Shown here: positions 25,557-30,882 of the stretch, piece after piece | Numbering within the stretch: position 1 is the stretch's first letter | How the letters are laid out: the number at the start of each line of letters is the position of its first letter | Virus record (IMG/VR): IMGVR_UViG_3300029171_000034 | Coordinates: 1-30,882 of that record | Strand: one strand, 5' to 3' | Length of the DNA: 30,882 nucleotides | Source of the DNA: a virus | Lineage: Duplodnaviria > Caudoviricetes | Position numbers and translations under genes: made by a program | The notes under the pieces: generated by a model | What the model was told of the DNA's origin: nothing | Databases searched by the model: none | Seen by the model: only the letters and a program-made list of their open reading frames with translations

Positions 25557-26438
25557 ATGATTTCAAAAACTGGGACAGAAAACTTATTTGCATCACTTTC
25601 GCAGAACACAAGCGCAGAAAACAAAGCGCTTGGTCTTCAACTTGCCAATATAGAGACAAGAGTATTGTTGCAAAAGTATTTTAATAATGAAACTTCCTTC
25701 ATGCAAAACACAGTTGCGGGTCAACAAGGATATAAACTACCTCAAAACTATTCTAAAATGAAAGATGTAACTATCAATGTAGGTTCTATAAGGTACACAT
25801 TGCAAGAAGTTCAAACAAGAAAGGAATTTGATGTTTTAAACTTCGTACAATGGACGTCTGATATTCCAGCATACTATTTCATCTATGACGGGTTAGTGAA
25901 TATATTTCCGATACCATCCAGTAATGGAAATACAATAACTTACAACTACAAATTACGAGCTACTGATTTATCAATTTCAGATACATCTGCTGGAACTGTG
26001 AGTGTACAAGCTGGCGGTACAACAGTGACTGGTACTGGAACTGGCTGGAACCCAACGGTTGGTATAAATGAAACACGATGGATACAAATACCATTCCCTA
26101 ACGGAGATGGGCAATGGTATCAAGTTGCTAGTGTAGATAGCACAACTTCACTCACCCTCTATAACGCATACCAAGGAACGACTAATGTCACTAACGCAGC
26201 ATACACACTTGGTCAAATGTCATTACTAATGGAAGACTTCCAGAATATTCCAATATACAAAAGTCTTTATCAGTATTTTGCATCTATACAACCAAATTCA
26301 GCAAAAGCAGCAGAGTTCAAATTATTATACGATGAAGGGATAGAGCATATGGATGCATATCTTGGGTCGAAATCAACAGGAGTGGCACTTGAACCTACTA
26401 TAATGCCTGTTAATCCAAACTTATATTTTAACGCTTAA
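25557..26438 (+). CDS. Head-tail adaptor protein with inserted beta domain
   Basis: TVAGQQGYKLP, P.YYFI......IFPIP adaptor motifs; insert GTVSV..G.TTVTGTGT.W ... SVDSTTSLTL...Y.G. Confidence 0.68.
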   Translation: MISKTGTENLFASLSQNTSAENKALGLQLANIETRVLLQKYFNNETSFMQNTVAGQQGYKLPQNYSKMKDVTINVGSIRYTLQEVQTRKEFDVLNFVQWTSDIPAYYFIYDGLVNIFPIPSSNGNTITYNYKLRATDLSISDTSAGTVSVQAGGTTVTGTGTGWNPTVGINETRWIQIPFPNGDGQWYQVASVDSTTSLTLYNAYQGTTNVTNAAYTLGQMSLLMEDFQNIPIYKSLYQYFASIQPNSAKAAEFKLLYDEGIEHMDAYLGSKSTGVALEPTIMPVNPNLYFNA

Positions 26439-26442
26439 CTAT

Positions 26443-27789
26443 ATGGCTAATTTACTTAACGCACTAAAAAATAAAATGTCAGGACAAAACCCATTAATAC
26501 CAAAAGGTAACCCAGGGTTTATTCCTACACCACTACCATCTTCCGCTAATAAAATTACCATATCTCCTGCCGCACCATCTTTGCTAGGAAAAACCATAAA
26601 GAACCCTAGTACACAACAGTCTGTGCCGACATCAGTGTATGGTCCTCAGCAGCAGTATAAAATACCTCCTTTGAATCAAATTGCTAGTATCGCACCGAAA
26701 TCTCAAGGAAGTAGCTCGATAAACCCATGGGGTACTATTTCTTCAACAGTTACAAATCAAACAACCACTTCATCGAATCCGTGGGGGAACACCACTGGTA
26801 ATGCACGTGTGACCAACAGGCCAACACAAGCTGCTACTGCCGCACAAAATAGTTCAATGCAAGTAGGAGACCAGACAAGAAATGCACAGAATGTATTAGA
26901 TGCTTCTAGTCCATCTGCACTCTCACAAGGAGCAACACAAGCACAAGCATTATATGGCATGCTTGGTAATCAAAGACAGTTACAGCCTTTTTCAGAAGGT
27001 ACTGTGCAAGGACTTGACCAAAGTTATGTTAATTTAACAAGACCACAAACAACTGATAGTCTAGCTGGAAGAGCTGCTCTGTTTGACGTACAAAGAGGAA
27101 TACTACAAAATGCCGCGCAAACTACTGCAGAAAATGCACTAGCACAACAACAATTAGCTACACAGGGTGCTACTAGTGTACTTAATGCTGGACAGCCGAT
27201 ATTAGGGCAGCCTGGACAAGTTCCCTTTAATCCTTTGACACAACAGCAGGGAACAATTTTGGGAAGCCAAAATGGCGGTAATGGTCTTTTAGTTGCAGGT
27301 AATATTTCACAACTTCCACAACTACAATCCGCATATACAGCTATGAGTAACAACATGGGAGCTATTAATGGAATTGAAAATCTTTTGAGTAATACGTTAG
27401 GAGGAAATCAAAATATTTCAGACATTAACGTAATCAACAGAGCAGTAAACCGATTGAAGAGTAATACATCAAGCGCTGAATATAACAATTTCAGGACTCT
27501 TATGTCGTCTCTAGGACAACTTTATTCAGGGTACTTTTCTGGTAGCGGTCAAGAGACCGATACAACTCGACGAATTGGAGAAAGTCTAATTGATGGAACA
27601 GCCAGTGCAGAAACTATAAAAAGTGTTCTTGATACATTGAAAAGCGAGGCAGAAGTACGATTGTCACAGCTTCATAACAATATTCAGCAGATAGCTAACA
27701 ATCCATCTTATTTGCCTAATCCATCTGTAGGCGGTAATCAAACAAATAGTATTAACCAAGGAGGCTTTGCTACTAACTGGTTACAATAA
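26443..27789 (+). CDS. Putative internal virion (ejection) protein
   Basis: Q/N/S/A/G-rich, low-complexity N-half and helical C-half; position after tail genes. Confidence 0.62.
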   Translation: MANLLNALKNKMSGQNPLIPKGNPGFIPTPLPSSANKITISPAAPSLLGKTIKNPSTQQSVPTSVYGPQQQYKIPPLNQIASIAPKSQGSSSINPWGTISSTVTNQTTTSSNPWGNTTGNARVTNRPTQAATAAQNSSMQVGDQTRNAQNVLDASSPSALSQGATQAQALYGMLGNQRQLQPFSEGTVQGLDQSYVNLTRPQTTDSLAGRAALFDVQRGILQNAAQTTAENALAQQQLATQGATSVLNAGQPILGQPGQVPFNPLTQQQGTILGSQNGGNGLLVAGNISQLPQLQSAYTAMSNNMGAINGIENLLSNTLGGNQNISDINVINRAVNRLKSNTSSAEYNNFRTLMSSLGQLYSGYFSGSGQETDTTRRIGESLIDGTASAETIKSVLDTLKSEAEVRLSQLHNNIQQIANNPSYLPNPSVGGNQTNSINQGGFATNWLQ

Positions 27790-27794
27790 ATTTT

Positions 27795-29747
27795 ATGGAA
27801 AAATCACTTGACCAAGGCGCAGTAACTCTTGCTAAAGCCATTGCGCGTACAGAAACAGGGGGACACAAAGACCCTTACAACGCAAAAGGTAAATCAGGAG
27901 AATACGGAGCATATCAATTCACACAGCCTACTTGGCGTAACTATGCTAAGCAGGTTCTTGGTGATGAAAATGCACAACCTACCATGGAAAACCAGAATAA
28001 AGTTGCCTATGGAAAAATAAAACAATGGAAAGATAGTGGTTATAACCCAGCACAAATTGCCAGTATGTGGAATGCTGGAGAAGGACGGCCAAATGCGTTC
28101 TCAGAAAATCACAAAGGGGTTAATAGCTACGGAGTAGCTTATGATGTACCTGATTATGTAAATAAGGTTTCAAATAATTACCGAATGATTTCAGGAGAAC
28201 AACCTCAGTCGCGGACAAACATTACTGAAAAGAGTGGACAATCAGACAGTGTTATTTACGAAAAACAAAAATTACAAGAACAAGGACAGCCTCAATCAGT
28301 AAAAGAAAATAGAGCTGAACCTACACTTGGTGGAAAATTGATACGTGGACTTATAAAACCTTTTGTACGAGCTGGTAATACCTTAGTACAAGGTGCACAG
28401 CTTCTTGGTGGACGTGACCTGGGAGACTTTAATCAGAACTCCAAATACCTTGGAGATATTTCAGGTTATGGAATGAAACAAGGACAGACTGCAGGACAAC
28501 GTGTTAAAGACATTGCAGGAGGATTATTAGAATTGGGTTCATTTGCAATAGGGGGAGGTCAAGCAAAAGCTGGTCTCACTGCTCTAAAAGAAGGTGGATT
28601 ATTAGGCAAAGGACTAGTAAAATCTGCAGCACAAGGAGCTAAAACTGGACTACAAGCTGGAGCATTGGGTGGCGCAGGAATTGAGTTACAAAATCCAGAA
28701 TCTAACCTTGGATCAATAGCGACTCAAGGAGCTGTTGGAGGGGCGTTAGGAGCTATTAGCGGTGGATTACTAGGAGGAATAGGAGGAGCTACAACATCTG
28801 CTTGGGACAGACTGACGCCAGTATTAGGAGAAAAACAAGTAAACTACTGGAGAGGTAAAATGTCTGAAGATTTGAGTGACGCATTCCAAACAAAGACTGG
28901 AATTAATCTAAAATCGGACCCACAATTTGTTCAAACTATAGAATCAATGATAGATATGGGAATTGTTCCTTCTGAAAAAGCGGGGAGATTCGATACTACA
29001 AAAGCAGTAACTCACACTGATGATCTGTTATCTAAAATGAAAAAAGCCAAACAAGAGTGGTTAGCACAGGATACATCTCCGACTAGTATAGAAAACTACC
29101 GTAATCTTGCTATAAAAGACGCTGAAATGAGATTTTCAGATAGTCCAGACCATTTGCAAAATGTTATCGACGAAATTGATAAAGCCTTTAATAGATTCAA
29201 ACAGCCAAATAGATACGGAGACACAGTAAATAGATCACAAGCGTACAAACTCCAAAATGAAAACGATATAAGCAATATTGCAAGATGGGACTCAATGAAA
29301 ACACCAACTGAAAAAATGGATGCTGCACGGACTATATACGGAGCTGTAAAGAACGCGACCGAGTCTGCCGACCAAACTGGAACTCTTAGTAAGATGAACT
29401 CAGAAATGTCACAACTCATTCGTATAAAAAAGATACTAAAAGGCACAGGCAAAACGGGTAGAGGTGGTTTGCATGGCGCAAAAATACCATCTAAGGAATT
29501 ACCGTTTCTATTGAAGTTATTATCTGGGGAGACTGGACGCTCTATCGGTTCTGGAATTGGAGCCAGTATAGGAGGAGTCCCAGGAGCACTTGTTGGAGGT
29601 CAGATAGAAAATACTGGTGCTGGTTTAATAAACAGGTTGTTAGGTGGTGAGTTGGGCTTTGGTTCCGCTGGATTCGAGAAAGCAGCATCTCAATTAAGAA
29701 AAGAATCTACCAAAAAGACACAGGGGTTAATTAAAAGCCTGAAATAA
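27795..29747 (+). CDS. Ejection protein with N-terminal lytic transglycosylase-like domain
   Basis: AIARTETGG (catalytic Glu), GAYQF...TW, WNAG lysozyme-like motifs; Gly-zipper segments downstream. Confidence 0.8.
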   Translation: MEKSLDQGAVTLAKAIARTETGGHKDPYNAKGKSGEYGAYQFTQPTWRNYAKQVLGDENAQPTMENQNKVAYGKIKQWKDSGYNPAQIASMWNAGEGRPNAFSENHKGVNSYGVAYDVPDYVNKVSNNYRMISGEQPQSRTNITEKSGQSDSVIYEKQKLQEQGQPQSVKENRAEPTLGGKLIRGLIKPFVRAGNTLVQGAQLLGGRDLGDFNQNSKYLGDISGYGMKQGQTAGQRVKDIAGGLLELGSFAIGGGQAKAGLTALKEGGLLGKGLVKSAAQGAKTGLQAGALGGAGIELQNPESNLGSIATQGAVGGALGAISGGLLGGIGGATTSAWDRLTPVLGEKQVNYWRGKMSEDLSDAFQTKTGINLKSDPQFVQTIESMIDMGIVPSEKAGRFDTTKAVTHTDDLLSKMKKAKQEWLAQDTSPTSIENYRNLAIKDAEMRFSDSPDHLQNVIDEIDKAFNRFKQPNRYGDTVNRSQAYKLQNENDISNIARWDSMKTPTEKMDAARTIYGAVKNATESADQTGTLSKMNSEMSQLIRIKKILKGTGKTGRGGLHGAKIPSKELPFLLKLLSGETGRSIGSGIGASIGGVPGALVGGQIENTGAGLINRLLGGELGFGSAGFEKAASQLRKESTKKTQGLIKSLK

Positions 29748-29751
29748 AAAA

Positions 29752-29823
29752 TTATTTACGCAAATCAGAGTTTGCTTGCAAAATAAGGACAAATATTGCA
29801 AATATCCATAATAAAGTGTGCAT
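29752..29823 (-). CDS. 23-aa hydrophobic peptide on the minus strand, apparently leaderless (not in ORF track)
   Basis: MHTLLWIFAIFVLILQANSDLRK; fits the intergenic gap; only 6 nt separate the -10 box from the ATG. Confidence 0.62.
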   Translation of the reverse strand: MHTLLWIFAIFVLILQANSDLRK

Positions 29824-29829
29824 ATATAT

Positions 29830-29838
29830 ATTATACCA
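29830..29838 (-). promoter_or_regulatory. Extended -10 promoter (TGGTATAAT) on the minus strand
   Basis: Plus strand ATTATACCA is the reverse complement of TGnTATAAT. Confidence 0.62.
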
Positions 29839-29843
29839 CATAT

Positions 29844-30497
29844 ATGAAAATCAACGAAACTAAAACATTCAAGAAACTTGTTAAAAAGCCAAAAAATAAT
29901 AATTTGGTTTGGTTAGTTCTACATCATAGTGGTGGGACTGATGCAGACCCACAAGCAGATTCTTCAAACCATACAGCAGAAATGATTGAACAGTGGCATC
30001 TTGCAAAAGGATGGGATGGTATAGGGTATCACTATGTTATTCATAAAAATGGTGATATATGGGCAGGACGACCTGAACACTATAATGCAGCAGCGGTCCT
30101 TAATCATAACTCGGAAACATTAAATATCTGTATGCCTGGTAACTTTGATAGAAAGGAAGGGCTACTAAATAGGGTACCAACAAAGGAACAAGAGGAGAGT
30201 TTTAAATCATTGTATCGTGACATAATCAAACGTCACCCACAATTAACAAGCGACAAGGTAATACCTCACCGTAAGTTACAGAAAAAATCTTGCTATGGTT
30301 GGAACTTATCAGATACTTACGGACAAGAGCTTGCTAAAAAAGCAATTATGGAACTCATACCAGAGTTAAAAGACAACACGCCTGAAGCTAAAGCACTCTG
30401 TCTATCTATTGAACAAACAGACCAGCTAAAACAGAAAATTAAAGGTAAAGAGGTTTTAGGATTATTCGCATTTATTAAAAAACTATTAAATATATGA
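29844..30497 (+). CDS. Endolysin, N-acetylmuramoyl-L-alanine amidase (Amidase_2/PGRP-like)
   Basis: VLHHS, GWDGIGYHYVI..G.I..GR, GNF, HR.....SC Zn-amidase motifs; ATG at 29844 preferred over TTG at 29796. Confidence 0.9.
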   Translation: MKINETKTFKKLVKKPKNNNLVWLVLHHSGGTDADPQADSSNHTAEMIEQWHLAKGWDGIGYHYVIHKNGDIWAGRPEHYNAAAVLNHNSETLNICMPGNFDRKEGLLNRVPTKEQEESFKSLYRDIIKRHPQLTSDKVIPHRKLQKKSCYGWNLSDTYGQELAKKAIMELIPELKDNTPEAKALCLSIEQTDQLKQKIKGKEVLGLFAFIKKLLNI

Positions 30498-30718
30498 ACA
30501 CAGCAGTAATGAATAGATTTAAGTCGTTTGCATGGCGATTATCAATGATGGTAATTGTGGTGCTTGTAAACTATGTAACAGCAAACTACACAGGATTTGG
30601 GCTATCACCAGAATTAACAGTTATCGTTGGTTTAATCGCAGGTGAAGTTTCTAAATTCTTAAATGCAGAATTACAAGGTAAAGAAGTAGTTACATTTGTT
30701 GCAAAGAAAAAGAAATAA
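30494..30718 (+). CDS. Putative holin
   Basis: 74 aa, two TM helices, KKKK C-terminus, ATGA-like overlap with the endolysin stop. Confidence 0.7.
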   Translation: MNTAVMNRFKSFAWRLSMMVIVVLVNYVTANYTGFGLSPELTVIVGLIAGEVSKFLNAELQGKEVVTFVAKKKK

Positions 30719-30721
30719 AAC

Positions 30722-30762
30722 TGTGGATAACTCGATTTGTTTTTTATAAATCATGTTATACT
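30722..30762 (+). promoter_or_regulatory. DnaA-box-like 9-mer plus extended -10 promoter candidate
   Basis: TGTGGATAA (30722-30730, reverse complement of TTATCCACA) and TGTTATACT (30754-30762). Confidence 0.4.
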
Positions 30763-30865
30763 AAGTCTAACCAATACAGGAAATGTGTAAAAGATTGTCA
30801 GCAAAAAATAAAAGCGACACATCATACTTGTGAAACGTATTGGCACATTTGAAGTCCTTGCCATA

Positions 30866-30882
30866 GATCGTGACTGGGAAAC
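30866..30882 (-). other. Random-amplification primer sequence, library artefact
   Basis: GATCGTGACTGGGAAAC is the reverse complement of positions 1-17. Confidence 0.93.

Noticed and set aside
811-29452. Many minus-strand and nested ORFs in the track (e.g. 5050-5532, 21605-22219, 25225-25659)
   Set aside because: Shadows of well-supported + strand genes with no recognisable motifs.
1-30882. Perfect 17-bp inverted terminal repeats suggesting a linear genome or transposon ends
   Set aside because: The sequence is the standard random-amplification primer tag, and the left end cuts through a gene.

Overview
A 30.9-kb AT-rich fragment of a tailed dsDNA bacteriophage, most likely a podovirus. Both ends carry the random-amplification primer GTTTCCCAGTCACGATC, so they are library artefacts and not genome termini. 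Almost all genes are on the + strand in genetic code 11. Order: (1) accessory block (18-4600) with a repeat-containing DUF6745-like protein, an SPFH-like membrane protein, a multi-stem RNA-like element, an HTH protein and an Acb2/Tad1-like anti-defence protein; (2) phage-encoded GroES and GroEL directly upstream of terS and a gpA-type terL; (3) portal, scaffold, major capsid and decoration genes; (4) several modular fibre/spike genes; (5) tail hub, adaptor and two ejection proteins, one with a transglycosylase domain; (6) amidase endolysin and holin. Signals that the ORF track does not explain: two homologous ~103-nt structured elements with compensatory changes bracketing a fibre gene; two H-type pseudoknots ending 7-8 nt before start codons; two near-consensus sigma70 promoters followed by hairpin leaders, one attenuator-like beside a DUF2292-like gene; a leaderless antisense 23-aa membrane peptide gene after the ejection genes; shared short modules among virion proteins; and near-universal T-ATG starts without Shine-Dalgarno sequences, hinting at a Patescibacteria-like host (inference). 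All family calls are by eye from motifs; no searches were run.
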